Shown here one piece after another: positions 19,424 to 31,453 of a stretch of 64,000 nt of DNA; positions within the stretch are counted from its first letter, which is position 1, and each line of letters starts with the position of its first letter. Source of the DNA: Wolinella sp. GTDB taxonomy: Bacteria > Campylobacterota > Campylobacteria > Campylobacterales > Helicobacteraceae. The position numbers were made by a program, and so were the translations under genes. Location of the stretch: assembly GCA_052170135.1 (NCBI GenBank), contig JBQNBC010000002.1, forward strand, positions 127,426 through 191,425. The letters are read 5' to 3'. The notes under the pieces are model-generated. The model ran no database searches and was not told the DNA's origin. It saw only the letters and a list, made by a program, of their open reading frames with translations.

Positions 19424-20542
19424 ATGCTTATTTTTCCAATTGCGCTTTTTAGCATATTTTCACTTATCCACTACCTAGCATATCACCTGTTTGTGCGTAT
19501 ATTTTTGCGCACATCACGCGCTAGATTCTTGCTTAAGAGTACGCTAATACTAAACCTTGCTTGCCTCCTTGGCTACATATTTTCGCGCTACTTCATTACT
19601 ATCCCACAGCCACTATATTTTCTCTTCTCGCTATCGCTTGGAATGGGATTTGCGCTACTTTTGACGCTTATTTTTTACGCACTTACCGCACCAATTCTAC
19701 TATTGCCGATGAAAAACAAAAGACGAGAAGCTATACGAAAAATGCTCGGCTATACAGGCGGATTCTCATTGCTTGGCTATGGAAGTGCTGGAATATTCGA
19801 AGCATCATTAGAACCAAGAATCGTAAAAGTCCCTATGGCGCTACCCAGACTAAAGCACGACTTTCGCGCAGTACAGCTAAGCGATATCCACATTGGAGGG
19901 CTAATAGAAGAGAGCTATATGAGAGATCTAGTAGAGCGGGTAAATACTCTAAAAGCGGACATGGTGTTTCTAACTGGAGACATCACAGATACAAAAATAG
20001 AGAATATCAAAAAAGCAGTGGCGTATCTTGGTGAGCTTAAAACAACAATGGGAATCTACTTTGTGAGTGGCAATCATGAATTTTTCCACGGTATAGGCGA
20101 TACCATAAAATATCTAAGAGAGCTAGGAATCACGGTGCTAGAGAATGAATCGCAAACAATAGAAGGGATTGTAAATATCGCTGGTGTGCATGATATTTTT
20201 GGGAGGCGACTTGGCGTTTTTGAGCCAGACTTGCCAAAAGCACTAAAGTATACAGATAAGAATCTACCTACGATTCTCCTCGCTCATCAGCCTAAATTCG
20301 TCCCTGAGGTCATTGACAAGCCTGTTGATTTAATACTTGCTGGACATACGCACGGAGGACAGATTGCGCCTTTTAATCTCCTTGTAAAACTCGATCAAAA
20401 GTATATATGTGGGCTTTATGAAATCACACCAAGCATGCGACTTTATGTAAATCCCGGCACTGGCTTTTGGGGACCGCCGATGAGATTCTTATCTAGAGCT
20501 GAAATTACGCTATTTGATTTTAAAGCAGAATTTAAAGCATAG
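19424..20542 (+). CDS. Membrane-anchored metallophosphoesterase
   Basis: SDIH, TGD, GNHE, LAHQP, GHTHGGQ; N-terminal TM helices. Confidence 0.92.
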   Translation: MLIFPIALFSIFSLIHYLAYHLFVRIFLRTSRARFLLKSTLILNLACLLGYIFSRYFITIPQPLYFLFSLSLGMGFALLLTLIFYALTAPILLLPMKNKRREAIRKMLGYTGGFSLLGYGSAGIFEASLEPRIVKVPMALPRLKHDFRAVQLSDIHIGGLIEESYMRDLVERVNTLKADMVFLTGDITDTKIENIKKAVAYLGELKTTMGIYFVSGNHEFFHGIGDTIKYLRELGITVLENESQTIEGIVNIAGVHDIFGRRLGVFEPDLPKALKYTDKNLPTILLAHQPKFVPEVIDKPVDLILAGHTHGGQIAPFNLLVKLDQKYICGLYEITPSMRLYVNPGTGFWGPPMRFLSRAEITLFDFKAEFKA

Positions 20543-20578
20543 ATTCCATTCAGCTTATATATAGTTTTGCTAAATATT

Positions 20579-20619
20579 TGATATGATGGATTTAACATAG
20601 CAAAAAAAAAGGGGGGGGG
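20579..20619 (+). promoter_or_regulatory. Extended -10 promoter followed by an A9G9 homopolymer tract in the leader/RBS
   Basis: TGATATGAT at 20579-20587; A9 at 20602-20610; G9 at 20611-20619; ATG at 20625. Confidence 0.6.
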
Positions 20620-20624
20620 TGCAC

Positions 20625-23354
20625 ATGGGCGTGGCTTGGGGGTTGCTAGCGGAGTTTTGCAATCAAGACGAGATGGAAGAATGGCTAACTCAATCACTGT
20701 GCATAGATGACATAAGGCGAAGAATCGATAAACTGCTTGCACTCTTAGGGCGTAAGCTTGAGTGTGAGACTCTACGCGTATTTGAGTACGCTGGAAAAGA
20801 CTCAATAAGCAACACTCATGAGTGGAATCAAGATGAAATCTCACCAAAAAAAGAGAGGCTAAAGCGCGTACAACTGAGTGGCATGAAATGGTGTCAAGAT
20901 AAATTACACGCGCTACAGCCTGTTATAGTCGATGATGTCGAAAAGTATAAGGATATAGATCCACGAATCTACTCTATGCTAAAACCACAAGATATAAAAT
21001 CAAGAATCTCTATCCCACTGCATGTAAATGGTGAACACTTAGGTATACTAAACGCCTACAATATGCCGCAAGAGAGAATTGATGAGATCGTCGATTCTCT
21101 CACTGGTATAGGCGGACTAATTTCAAATCTAATCAAGTCATGCTATGAGCTGGAAAAGATGAGATATGCCAGCTATCACGACCATTTGACAGGTGCGCTA
21201 AATAGCTATGCCCTAGAAGAAAGATGCAACTCCAACTCCAAATACAAGCGTATTGGAATTCTCTAATGCAATATCTCAACTATCAAATACGCAGGCAACA
21301 GCCTAGGTCACGAAGACAACGATAATGTAGCTAAAGAGTACTACAAAATCCTTCATGGAATCTTCAATCCACATCATATCTACCACATCAGAAGCGATGA
21401 ATTTGTCGTGATTTGTAGCGAGATTCCTCGCGCTGAATTTGATAGTCTGCTTGCGCTCTTTAGCGAGCAAGCAAAGCTTAGTGATGGCACCATAGATATA
21501 GGGAGCTACTGGTGTGAAAATGGCGATTCTTCGCTTAATGCACTAATCCTGCTAGCCAAAGAGGAGATGCATCAGAATAAAAGCTACCGCAACCACAGTG
21601 GCGAAGAATCAAATGCAAAAAACATCGATAACATCAAATGCTCATGCACATTTGCAAGTGCGACACAGGGCATAAATGGAACGATAAAGAAGTATCTATC
21701 AGAAAATTACTTCGATTTGGAGCGATTCTTAAAATCTACATCGCTAGCTAGCTACTATCCATTTTTTGGCGATATGCAAACTGGTGTTTTCTACATCAGC
21801 GATCCCATAAAGGAGGCTTTTGGCTTTAGTAAAAATATCATCAAAGATCTAATTAGTAAATGGGAGCGTATCATAACGCGTAGAGAAGATCTTGAGCTAT
21901 ATCGCAACGACCTACAGGACATAATCAAAAATAAGCGCGAAACACACGATATACGCTATCGTATTAAAGATATCCATGGGCGTGAGTTTTGGATACGTTG
22001 CTGTGGCATCATACAGTGGGATGCTGAGTTTGAAAAGCCACTATTCTTCTCAGGAGGAATCTCCAAAGTAGATTTTGAATTCATAATCGATCCAGCTACT
22101 AATTTTCAGCGAGAGCATGGGGCGATGCTTGAGATCCAGGAGCTTCAAAAGCACAAGGAAGCGGTCTCTTTTATAGGCTTTAAATTAAATGGCTTTAAAG
22201 AGATCAATGACTTAAATGGACGCACTGTAGCAAATAGCATCCTAAAAAATATAGCAGATAATCTATTGGCTATTTTTGATGGCAAAATGCAGTTTTTCCG
22301 CCTTGATGGGCTGAAATTTATGGCGATTCCCTCTGCGGACTACAAAGAAGATGTGCAATATATTATTCACACGATAAAAAGAGAAATAGAGAAGGTCTAC
22401 AAAGAGCACAAAATAATAATCAAGAATCCTTGCTCGCTATGCGTAGTAAATGAGGGGTGGATAGATTCTCTCCCTAGTGCGGTTATCTCCGATGTGCTTG
22501 GGTTACTTGATTTCGCCAAAGATCATCCAGCCGAGGAGTATGCGCTCCATTCGCTAGAAAACATCAAGGCGCAACGTAATAAGAGCCGCATGATTGTCGA
22601 GCTAAATGACGCCGTGTTACATGATTTTAGGGATTTTCGTATCGTGATACAGCCTATCGTATCAGCAAAAGACTTCAAAATAGTCGGTGGAGAAGTGCTT
22701 TTACGATGGAAATACAACGACAAAGACATATCACCTATGACATTTGTGCCTATTCTGGAGAGAAATCAACAAATAATTGCCGTAGGTCGCTGGGTAGCAG
22801 AGCAGACAATAGTAAATTGCCGACGTGCAATGAGCTATATGCCAAATTTCAGACTAAATTTCAATGTAAGCTATCATCAGATTTCAGATATTGGATTCCT
22901 ATATTTTGTCGATGAATGTATGAAACAATGGGAACTAAAAAGCAGTCATATTGTCATGGAGATAACAGAAACAAACCAAAATGAGAATCCAAAAATGCTA
23001 CAAGAATTTATCCATAGTTGCAAAGACATGGGAATAAATGTCGCGCTAGATGACTTTGGCACAGGCTACTCAAGCCTAGAGCTATTACTACGCTACCCAT
23101 CAGACATCATAAAAATTGATCGCGTGCTAATGCGTGAAATGGCTGTCTCAAAAGATACTAGCGATTTCATCGCGGGAATCGTCCATTCATGTCATAAATT
23201 TGGTAAAAGCGTCTGCGTGGAGGGCGTGGAGAGCGATCATGAGCTAGCCACTGTGATAGAGGCGCAGTGCGATACGATACAAGGCTATTACTTTTACAAG
23301 CCAATGGAGCTCCCAGACTTTTATGGGCTTTTAGCAGAGCAAAGCAGGGGTTAA
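20625..23354 (+). pseudogene. GAF-GGDEF(degenerate)-PAS-GGDEF(degenerate)-EAL c-di-GMP phosphodiesterase interrupted by an in-frame TAA at 21264-21266
   Basis: ORFs 20619..21266 and 21408..23354 share a frame. Read-through gives DHLTGALN...IGIL*CNI...LGH...YHIRSDEFVV. EAL motifs EVL, NVS, EITE, DDFGTGYSS, KID, EGVE, QG are intact. Confidence 0.85.
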
Positions 23355-23472
23355 AATATTCATAAAATAGCTGAATCCTTGCAAATTTGACATCAGATTC
23401 TCGCTAGGTAAGATTCAAATAAACTTAAATCTTATAAAATGCCGTCAACCATCATTTTAAGGAGCTTAGGCG

Positions 23473-25896
23473 ATGAAATACATCAAGTTTTTCAGGGAGC
23501 TAAACAATAAAGATGTCCCTGTCGTAGGCGGTAAAAACGCCAGTATCGGGGAGATGTTTCAAGAGCTTGTGCCTATGGGCATTAAGGTACCAAATGGCTT
23601 TGCAATCACTAGTGATGCCTACTGGTATCTGCTTGATAGTGCAGGAATACGAGAAAAGATTCGCTCGCTCCTAGAGGATATTGATGTCACAGAAATTGAC
23701 GTGCTTAAAGTACGCTCAAAAAAGATTCGTGATCTAATTTTTGGAACGCCACTACCAACTGATCTACGAGAAGAGATTCTTGAGGCATATGCGATCCTAA
23801 GTCACGAATACAATATGGAACAAGCAGACGTTGCCGTGCGAAGCTCTGCTACTGCCGAGGATTTGCCAGATGCGTCATTTGCTGGACAGCAGGATACATA
23901 CTTAAGCGTCCAGGGCCACCAAGAGCTAATCCACTACGTAAAATCATGTTTCGCCTCGCTATTCACCGATAGGGCTGTTAGCTATCGCGCCTCACGTGGT
24001 TTTGATCACTTTAAAGTCGCCCTAAGCGTGGGCGTACAAAAGATGGTGCGTAGCGACAAGGGTAGCTCTGGTGTTATGTTCTCAATCGACACAGAGACAG
24101 GCTTTAAAGATGCCGTATTCATCACTTCTAGCTGGGGGCTTGGAGAAAATGTCGTAGGCGGGACTGTCAATCCGGATGAATTCTATGTATTTAAGCCGAC
24201 ACTTGCACTTGGTAAGCGCCCTATTATTAAGCGACAACTAGGACACAAACATTTAAAAATGGTCTATGCTGCCCCTGGCAGCGAACATCCAACCAAAAAT
24301 ATCCCGACAAGCGAAGAAGAGATGACTACCTTTTCAGTATCTGACGAGGAGATTCTTACACTTGCACGATATGCGACAATAATAGAAAAGCACTATTCTG
24401 CTGAAGCTGGCGAGTATCGCCCAATGGATATGGAGTGGGCCAAAGATGGCGTGAGTGGTGATCTATACATTGTGCAAGCTCGTCCAGAGACCGTACAAAG
24501 CCAACGCATGAAAAAAGGTGGGAATCGCCTGGAAAAATATCGCTTTGTAGATAATGATAAGCCAAGGGAGATTATTATCACCGGTAAGGCGATAGGTGGC
24601 AAAATAGGGCATGGTAGAGTGCGTGTAATAGAGAGCATCGTCAATATGTCAGAAATAAAAGATGGCGAGATTCTCGTTACAGACAACACAGATCCGGACT
24701 GGGAGCCAGCAATGAAAAAAGCGGCTGCAGTCATCACAAATAGAGGTGGTCGCACATGCCATGCAGCTATAGTCGCACGAGAAATAGGCGTGCCAGCAAT
24801 CGTCGGCGCAATCGGCTCTACTGAAAAACTAGAAACAGGCATGGAAGTAACGGTATCATGCGCAGAGGGCGAAGAGGGCTTTGTATATAGTGGCATCCAT
24901 AAATTTGAAGTCGAAAGCATAGACCTATCAAATATGGAGCGACCAAAGACAAATATCCTAATGAATGTCGGAAATCCAGAAAAAGCATTTGGCTTTGCAC
25001 AGATTCCTAACAACGGTGTAGGCTTAGCACGCATGGAATTTATCATTAACAACTACATCAAAGCACATCCACTTGCACTTGTTGATTTACAAAATGGCAA
25101 GAAGAATATACCTGATGCCGAGCATATACACTCTATCATGGCTGGCTATGAGAATCCAAAGGACTTCTTTACAAAGAAAATAGCCGAGGGCGTGGGTATG
25201 ATCGCAAGTGCTTTCTATCCAAATCCAGTTATCGTGCGCACTAGCGACTTTAAATCCAATGAATATCGCCGTATGATTGGTGGTGCGGCATATGAGCCAC
25301 ATGAAGAGAATCCTATGATAGGCTATCGCGGTGCGAGCAGATACTACTCCGAGCAGTATCGACCAGCATTTGAGTGGGAGTGCCAAGCTCTTGCAGCAGT
25401 GCGAAGCGAAATGGGATTAACAAATATGAAAGTTATGATCCCATTCCTTCGCTCGCCAGAAGAGGGTAAAAAAGTATTAGAAATTATGCGACGCAATGGA
25501 CTAGTCTCCGGTGAAAATGGGCTTGAAATATATGTGATGTGTGAGCTACCTGTCAATGTGATTTTAGCCGATGAGTTTTTGCAGATGTTTGATGGATTCT
25601 CAATTGGCTCAAATGACCTAACACAGCTAACTCTTGGCGTAGATAGAGATGGTGAGCTAGTAAGTCACGTATTTGATGAGCGCAACCCTGCCTTATTTAA
25701 GATGTTTTCACAGGCGATCGCCGCAGCAAAAAAGGCTGGCAAATACTGTGGAATCTGTGGTCAAGCACCGAGCGACTACCCAGAGGTAGCGGAATTCCTT
25801 GTGCGCGAGGGAATAAACTCCATCTCACTAAATCCAGATTCAGTAATCTCCACGTGGGAAAAGATTGTAAAACTCGAAAAAGAGCTAGGGCGATAG
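23473..25896 (+). CDS. ppsA: Phosphoenolpyruvate synthase
   Basis: [48 protein letters not shown]. Confidence 0.97.
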   Translation: MKYIKFFRELNNKDVPVVGGKNASIGEMFQELVPMGIKVPNGFAITSDAYWYLLDSAGIREKIRSLLEDIDVTEIDVLKVRSKKIRDLIFGTPLPTDLREEILEAYAILSHEYNMEQADVAVRSSATAEDLPDASFAGQQDTYLSVQGHQELIHYVKSCFASLFTDRAVSYRASRGFDHFKVALSVGVQKMVRSDKGSSGVMFSIDTETGFKDAVFITSSWGLGENVVGGTVNPDEFYVFKPTLALGKRPIIKRQLGHKHLKMVYAAPGSEHPTKNIPTSEEEMTTFSVSDEEILTLARYATIIEKHYSAEAGEYRPMDMEWAKDGVSGDLYIVQARPETVQSQRMKKGGNRLEKYRFVDNDKPREIIITGKAIGGKIGHGRVRVIESIVNMSEIKDGEILVTDNTDPDWEPAMKKAAAVITNRGGRTCHAAIVAREIGVPAIVGAIGSTEKLETGMEVTVSCAEGEEGFVYSGIHKFEVESIDLSNMERPKTNILMNVGNPEKAFGFAQIPNNGVGLARMEFIINNYIKAHPLALVDLQNGKKNIPDAEHIHSIMAGYENPKDFFTKKIAEGVGMIASAFYPNPVIVRTSDFKSNEYRRMIGGAAYEPHEENPMIGYRGASRYYSEQYRPAFEWECQALAAVRSEMGLTNMKVMIPFLRSPEEGKKVLEIMRRNGLVSGENGLEIYVMCELPVNVILADEFLQMFDGFSIGSNDLTQLTLGVDRDGELVSHVFDERNPALFKMFSQAIAAAKKAGKYCGICGQAPSDYPEVAEFLVREGINSISLNPDSVISTWEKIVKLEKELGR

Positions 25897-25903
25897 ACTA
25901 AGC

Positions 25904-25928
25904 GCAGATTCCCTCACTGGGAATCTGC
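25904..25928 (+). terminator. Rho-independent terminator of ppsA
   Basis: GCAGATTCCC-TCACT-GGGAATCTGC followed by T-rich sequence. Confidence 0.8.
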
Positions 25929-26529
25929 CTATTATATTTTTTACTTTTAACTACCGCTGTTCACTTGTTGCATAGATGCAGTCAATCATACGCTCCCCAT
26001 ACTAGCTATAATAGAATTTGCAAGTCTCATATTCAGTAGATTCCTAGCGCTCCTTCTACTTTTACATGCTTTGTATAGTTTTTGCTAGTCATCAAATACT
26101 ACAAATAACTCCGAGTAATAGTAACTCGCTTTTTTAGTAATGCCGATGGGCGATAGATTGTGTAGAACAAGCATATACCAAAAGTCAAAGTAGGACGATA
26201 GTATAAAAAGCTTTAAAAGGTTAATTGGGGTAGTTATAAAGTGCGAAAATAGCTTGATGTGCAAACAAAGTACTCTATGAGTAGTGCTATCAAAAAACGT
26301 TGCTTAATTTTTATATTTCATAAATAGCTAAATAAAATAGTTAAAATATCAAAAACGTAAAAACAAGACAATAAAGATCAGATAGCGTAGCTACAATATT
26401 CATAAATTTTAACCATCAAATTAATAAAAACAATCTACCCACGAGTCGCCATAAAATATTTTTACGATTATTTATCTCTTTATATATAAAGCCATGAGAA
26501 AAGAATTTTGGAAATAAATTAGCCCTATT

Positions 26530-27179
26530 TTACTCTTCTATGATTCTCTTAAACGTCACAATTGTCTCAGCGATCGCATACCAACGGCCTATTAGCGTCA
26601 CACGCGCCTTTTTGGGCAACAGTTCCGCATCTAGTAGCTCACTAACTTTCTCTATGTGCTCCTTGTATCGCTCGCTTGCTATGCGATAATTCTCCTCCGC
26701 TTGCACTAGAAGCGACTTTTGCCACCTCATACGCATTATATGCGAGCCTATGACTCTCTAGTGTCCCAAAAAGCTGTAGCTCAAGCTCTCGCTTCACCCT
26801 TAGCTATCTGGCTATCGATTGCTAATGTAGCATAACGTTTTGCTTCAAGTTTCTTATCAGTTGTAAAGACACCAAAATATTATAGCTAGCCTCTATCCTT
26901 GCCTCCGTGCGATCAAGGTTATATCGCACTTCGATACTTGCGTAGCTACTCGCACGCTTACCACGATCATCAGTGCGATTTTAGTTTGTGAGCTGATATT
27001 TTAGATTTAGCGTCGGATACAGTGCGCTTTTGGTCGCACCATACTCACTTTATGCTTGTTTGAGCAACCACTCTTGCTACTTTAGATTTTACTATGATGC
27101 AGTGCTTTTTCCACTGCATCATCCATAATTAACACATAAAGACTTGAGCCTATAAGCGCAATAATGACTAAAATTTCAT
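26530..27179 (-). pseudogene. Decayed TolC-family outer membrane efflux protein
   Basis: ATG 27179 just after the RND stop. Fragments in shifting frames: signal peptide then MDDAVEKAL, SALYPTLNLKY, EVRYNL, AEENYRIASERYK...ELLDAE. Multiple stops/frameshifts; only about 650 bp remain. Confidence 0.8.
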
Positions 27180-27181
27180 AC

Positions 27182-30100
27182 TTACATACCATCTCTTTCG
27201 GCATTTTCAATATCTATTTGCTTATACTCTCTGTCTATCACAAAGAGTAAAAGCGATGGAATGACAAACACGGTGATAATGGTAGAGTATGTAAGCCCCC
27301 CTAAAATCACAGCACCAAGTCCACGATAAACCTCACTCCCTGGTCCTGGCGCAACGACTAATGGTAGCATGCCAAAGAGTGAAGTTAGTGTGCTCATATA
27401 GATTGGGCGCAAGCGCGTGCGGACAGCTTCTTTGACCGCTAAGTAAGAATCCAGCCCAGATTCTCGAATATTATTTATCGCTTGATACACGATTAAAATT
27501 GCATTATTCACCACGGTACCCACAAGTATAATAAACCCTAGCATCGTCAAAATATCTAATGGTTGACTAACTAACAACAGATTTACTAGCTTAAGCGCAA
27601 GCATACCACCAGCCACAGCAAGAGGGATTGTAAAAATAATGATTAGCGGATAGATGAAATTTTCATACAACGCCGACATCAAAAGATAGATGATAACAAC
27701 AGCAAGCAAGAATCCACCCTGCAGTGCTAAACGAGTCTGTGTAAGCTTATCGGCTGTGCCACTTAATCGTAACGATATGCCATTCATTAGCCCTTGCTCT
27801 TTTAAAGCAGTAGAAAATTCACCCTCGATTCTCTCCATTGCACTTTGCAGTGGAGTATCTTTTGGTGGCGTTACTTGCAGCGTGATTGTACGCTTACGCT
27901 CAAAGTGTCGAATCTCGCTAATACCGTACTCACGCGCTATATTTGATAGCGATGAAATTGGCAATATTCCTGCATTTGGCGTGTAGATTTGAGCATTATA
28001 TATCTCTTCTGGTGTAACTAGATCACTTTTGTTTGCCTTTAATATCAAGTCGATCTTCTCCCGCCCCTCTTCCTTATACTCAGCAATAGTGCGCCCCTCC
28101 ATTAGCACATCAAGAGCGATTCCAAAGCTTGTCGGTGTTAGTCCTGCTGCCTTAAGCTTATCAGAATCAGGGTAGAGATTTATCTCTGGATAGATCAAAT
28201 CTAGACTAGGCAACGGGCGCACCTGTGTGCCACTCGGAAAGTTTTGACGTATCATATTTTGCAATGCACTGGCGGTTGCAATGATTCCATTTATGTCGCT
28301 ACCGCTAATATCAATATCAATAGTTCGCCCTTTTCCAAGCCCGCGCTCAAAAATACCAGGTTGCATAGAGACGCCGGTGATACCTGGTATCTGTGCAAGT
28401 GTTTTAAAAAACTGAGGAATCATATCCCCTGCTCTATCCTCTATGCTCGAACGCGCACCAAAATACATAAAAGTATCACCACCAAGGAAAAACATTTGAC
28501 GAATTGGTGGCATCTCCCCAGCCACATCTTTTGTGTAGCCATTTTGCAAGAAATATTGTGCATTCAAGTCAAATACAGCACGTCCAATCTCTCTTCTAGC
28601 CTCATAGGACAGCCCTGGCGGTGGGTTTATCATCGTAGTGACAAAGTTTTGATTCCCCTGTGGGAGATATTCCATCTTTGGCATCAATAGATAGCCAATA
28701 AGAATCGATGAAATAGTAAAAACAACAATAGTAAAAATCCGCCTAAGTCTACTAGAGATGCAAGCTTCAAGAATCGACATAATAAGCGCAACAATGCGTG
28801 TACCAAATCGCTCAAGCTCAGTAGGGGCATGGTCACGTTTTTTGCCAAAAAATCGAAGAATCTGATAGCTAAACATAGGAATCACAAATATCGACACAAG
28901 CATGGAAAAGAGCACTGCACTACTCGCTGTGAGCGCGATATCACGGAATAACTGCCCAGCTTCCTCTTCCATATTTATAATCGGGATAAAAATCGCAACA
29001 GTCGTGAGCACCGAAGCTATTAGCGCACCAACTACCTCGCGCGTCCCATCAAAAGACGCTAAAAAAATCCCTTTACCTAGCTTTCTGTGGCGGTCAATGT
29101 TTTCCAAAACCACAATCGCAGAATCGACAAGCATACCTACAGCAAATGAGATTCCCGCCATCGAGACAACATTTAACGTGCGCCCAAGAGCATACATCAC
29201 GATGAAAGTCCCAAGAATACTTATTGGCATAGCAAGCGCAATAACCACTGTCGAGCTAAAACTACGCAAAAAGACCCAAAGCACAATAATCGCCAAAAAT
29301 CCACCGATTATTATATTTTGTTGCACGAGCGAGATAGCACCATTTATATATCCACGCTGATCATGCACCCACTCAAGATAGAGCCCCTCGTGATGCAATA
29401 TCCCGCTATTTAGCTCATTAAACACACGCTCAGTTGCATCGCTTAGCTCTAGGATATTTGCACCTGGCTCGGGCTTTATACCTATTACCATAGCTGCATC
29501 AAAGTTGCTCTCCACATAGCTTGTTGCGCGTGCATAGCCCTCTTTGACCTCTCCTATATCTGAGAGCTTAACGCGCTTTTGTCCATCGCTCCATATTACT
29601 GTATTTGAAATTTGCTCTGCGCTTTTGTATTCAGCCACACTTCTAACACGATAAGATCGTCGTCCATAATCCATCGTGCCAGCAGAGATATTCACATTTT
29701 CAGAATCCAAAACTCCGATCAAATCTGAAAGCGTAAGGTTGTAGCTAGCTAGTTTTGCATGGTCAATAATGACATGCATCTCACGATTTGTATTCCCAGG
29801 GAAAAAGACCTCTGCTACACCGTCGATTCTCTCAAAATATTGAATAACACTCTCGTTAAAAAATGTCCGATACTGGCTTACATGGCTAGGATTTCCATCT
29901 TGTGTCTTTAGCACCATCCACACCACAGGAGAGGCACTCTCGCCCGTTGCAGTGATTATTGGCTTGTCTATTCCATCTGGATAACGCTTGACCTCATCAA
30001 GCTTATTTGAGACTTTTAACATCGATTCTGTCAAGCTCGTGCCGATTTTAAACTCCAAAGTGATATTTGCACTTGAGTTTCGCATTCTAGATTCCATGCT

Positions 30101-30328
30101 TATGAGATTATCAAGCCCTTTGAGTGCTTTCTCCTGTCGCTCAACTATCTCGCGCTCCATCTCATATGGTGTCGCGCCGCTCCATGTTGTGCTGATGGTT
30201 ATCACAGGGCGTGTAACGCTAGGAGTAAGCTGATAAGGAATTCGATAGAGGCTAAGAATCCCAAAGAGGCTTATCAGGATTATCCCGACTATAACAACGA
30301 CAGGCTTTGCTATTACATATTTAATCAT
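27182..30328 (-). CDS. RND efflux permease (AcrB/AcrD/AcrF family)
   Basis: 1048 aa; GMLVDSAIVVLENI, GTVVNNAIL, RLRPIYMSTLTS. Confidence 0.95.
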   Translation of the reverse strand: MIKYVIAKPVVVIVGIILISLFGILSLYRIPYQLTPSVTRPVITISTTWSGATPYEMEREIVERQEKALKGLDNLISMESRMRNSSANITLEFKIGTSLTESMLKVSNKLDEVKRYPDGIDKPIITATGESASPVVWMVLKTQDGNPSHVSQYRTFFNESVIQYFERIDGVAEVFFPGNTNREMHVIIDHAKLASYNLTLSDLIGVLDSENVNISAGTMDYGRRSYRVRSVAEYKSAEQISNTVIWSDGQKRVKLSDIGEVKEGYARATSYVESNFDAAMVIGIKPEPGANILELSDATERVFNELNSGILHHEGLYLEWVHDQRGYINGAISLVQQNIIIGGFLAIIVLWVFLRSFSSTVVIALAMPISILGTFIVMYALGRTLNVVSMAGISFAVGMLVDSAIVVLENIDRHRKLGKGIFLASFDGTREVVGALIASVLTTVAIFIPIINMEEEAGQLFRDIALTASSAVLFSMLVSIFVIPMFSYQILRFFGKKRDHAPTELERFGTRIVALIMSILEACISSRLRRIFTIVVFTISSILIGYLLMPKMEYLPQGNQNFVTTMINPPPGLSYEARREIGRAVFDLNAQYFLQNGYTKDVAGEMPPIRQMFFLGGDTFMYFGARSSIEDRAGDMIPQFFKTLAQIPGITGVSMQPGIFERGLGKGRTIDIDISGSDINGIIATASALQNMIRQNFPSGTQVRPLPSLDLIYPEINLYPDSDKLKAAGLTPTSFGIALDVLMEGRTIAEYKEEGREKIDLILKANKSDLVTPEEIYNAQIYTPNAGILPISSLSNIAREYGISEIRHFERKRTITLQVTPPKDTPLQSAMERIEGEFSTALKEQGLMNGISLRLSGTADKLTQTRLALQGGFLLAVVIIYLLMSALYENFIYPLIIIFTIPLAVAGGMLALKLVNLLLVSQPLDILTMLGFIILVGTVVNNAILIVYQAINNIRESGLDSYLAVKEAVRTRLRPIYMSTLTSLFGMLPLVVAPGPGSEVYRGLGAVILGGLTYSTIITVFVIPSLLLFVIDREYKQIDIENAERDGM

Positions 30329-31377
30329 TGTTCGCGCACCGCTTGATTTGTCCTTAGTCGCTCCTGCCCTCTCACTACCACGCGCTCGCCTACACTAAGG
30401 CTATCTGAGCGAACCAAAGCATCCATCTCATGAAATGAAAGCACCTCTACGCTGACACTCATTGCCTTGCTATCGCGGATGACAAAGATTAGATTCTTCC
30501 CTTCGCGTGGCACTATCGCATCACGTGGGATTAGCAGACCAGATTCTTTACCACTGAGTTTAAACTTCGCGCGCACAGACAATCCCTCAAATAGCTCACC
30601 ATTAGCACCATTTAGGGCTATTTTCACAGGGAAAGTCCTAGCCTTAGCATCTCCAAGAGGGATTATTGCTTTCACCTTGCCACTATACTCGCGCTGTGCG
30701 ATAGTGAGCCGTACACTCTCGCCAATGCGTAGATTCTGCGCTACTTCAAACGGCACATCAACACTCGCCTCCAAAGAATCCAATCGCGCAATACTAAATA
30801 CAGCCGCACCACTTGCCACCCACTCTCCGCGATTTAGAAGCTTTTTTATGATGACGCCATCAAATGGGGCTTTTAGCTGCTTTAGCACAAGCTCGCTCTT
30901 TAGCCTTAAAAGCTCGTTTAAAACAGATTCTGCATTACCCTCCTCGGCCTCCTTGTCAAAGCGAGCATCCTCAAATTCTTTAAACGACACAGCACTAGAG
31001 CTATGAAGCTTTGAAAGCCGCTCAAACTCCTTTGATGCCTTGCTCGCCTTAGCTCTAGCCTGCTTAAGCGTCGCCTCTTTTGATGCGATATCCTTTTGTA
31101 AAAGTTCACTCCCAAGTCTCGCCAATACATCGCCTTTTTTGACATGCATGCCTTCATTTACAGTTAAATTCTCCACTACACCACTCACCTCCGAGGCTAG
31201 CTCAGAAAGTTCTCCAAAATATAGCGTACCGATAAATTCACCTAGATTCTCAATGCTTCCAGCCCTTATTGTTGCACTGGAAACAAGCTGAGAATCAACC
31301 ATTTTTGTTCCATTATCATCCGCACCAAAAAGAACCAGCACACAGACTCCATATATCAAGATCGCTTTTAGACTCAT
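30325..31377 (-). CDS. RND periplasmic adaptor (membrane fusion protein)
   Basis: SEVSGVV...V.EG..VKKGD.L, KAPFDG, ARTFPVK; overlaps the RND start. Confidence 0.92.
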   Translation of the reverse strand: MSLKAILIYGVCVLVLFGADDNGTKMVDSQLVSSATIRAGSIENLGEFIGTLYFGELSELASEVSGVVENLTVNEGMHVKKGDVLARLGSELLQKDIASKEATLKQARAKASKASKEFERLSKLHSSSAVSFKEFEDARFDKEAEEGNAESVLNELLRLKSELVLKQLKAPFDGVIIKKLLNRGEWVASGAAVFSIARLDSLEASVDVPFEVAQNLRIGESVRLTIAQREYSGKVKAIIPLGDAKARTFPVKIALNGANGELFEGLSVRAKFKLSGKESGLLIPRDAIVPREGKNLIFVIRDSKAMSVSVEVLSFHEMDALVRSDSLSVGERVVVRGQERLRTNQAVREQ

Positions 31378-31410
31378 TGAACTACCCCTAGAATTTATAC
31401 AAAATTATGT

Positions 31411-31449
31411 GATTTTATCGTGAAATAGACGTGAAATAGTGATAAAATC
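31411..31449. promoter_or_regulatory. Back-to-back -10 boxes (RND operon / rnpB) flanking a tandem direct repeat
   Basis: GATTTTATC (31411) and GATAAAATC (31441) form an inverted pair, each giving TAAAAT; CGTGAAATAG occurs at 31419 and 31430. Confidence 0.6.
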
Positions 31450-31453
31450 GCAC

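Noticed and set aside
20583..20600. In-frame ATG ATG GAT TTA ACA TAG upstream of the EAL gene (possible uORF or read-through)
   Set aside because: It overlaps the predicted -10 box, has no RBS and probably lies upstream of the TSS.
25930..26529. 600-bp AT-rich intergenic region
   Set aside because: No ORF, repeat array or recognisable RNA motif that I can support by eye.
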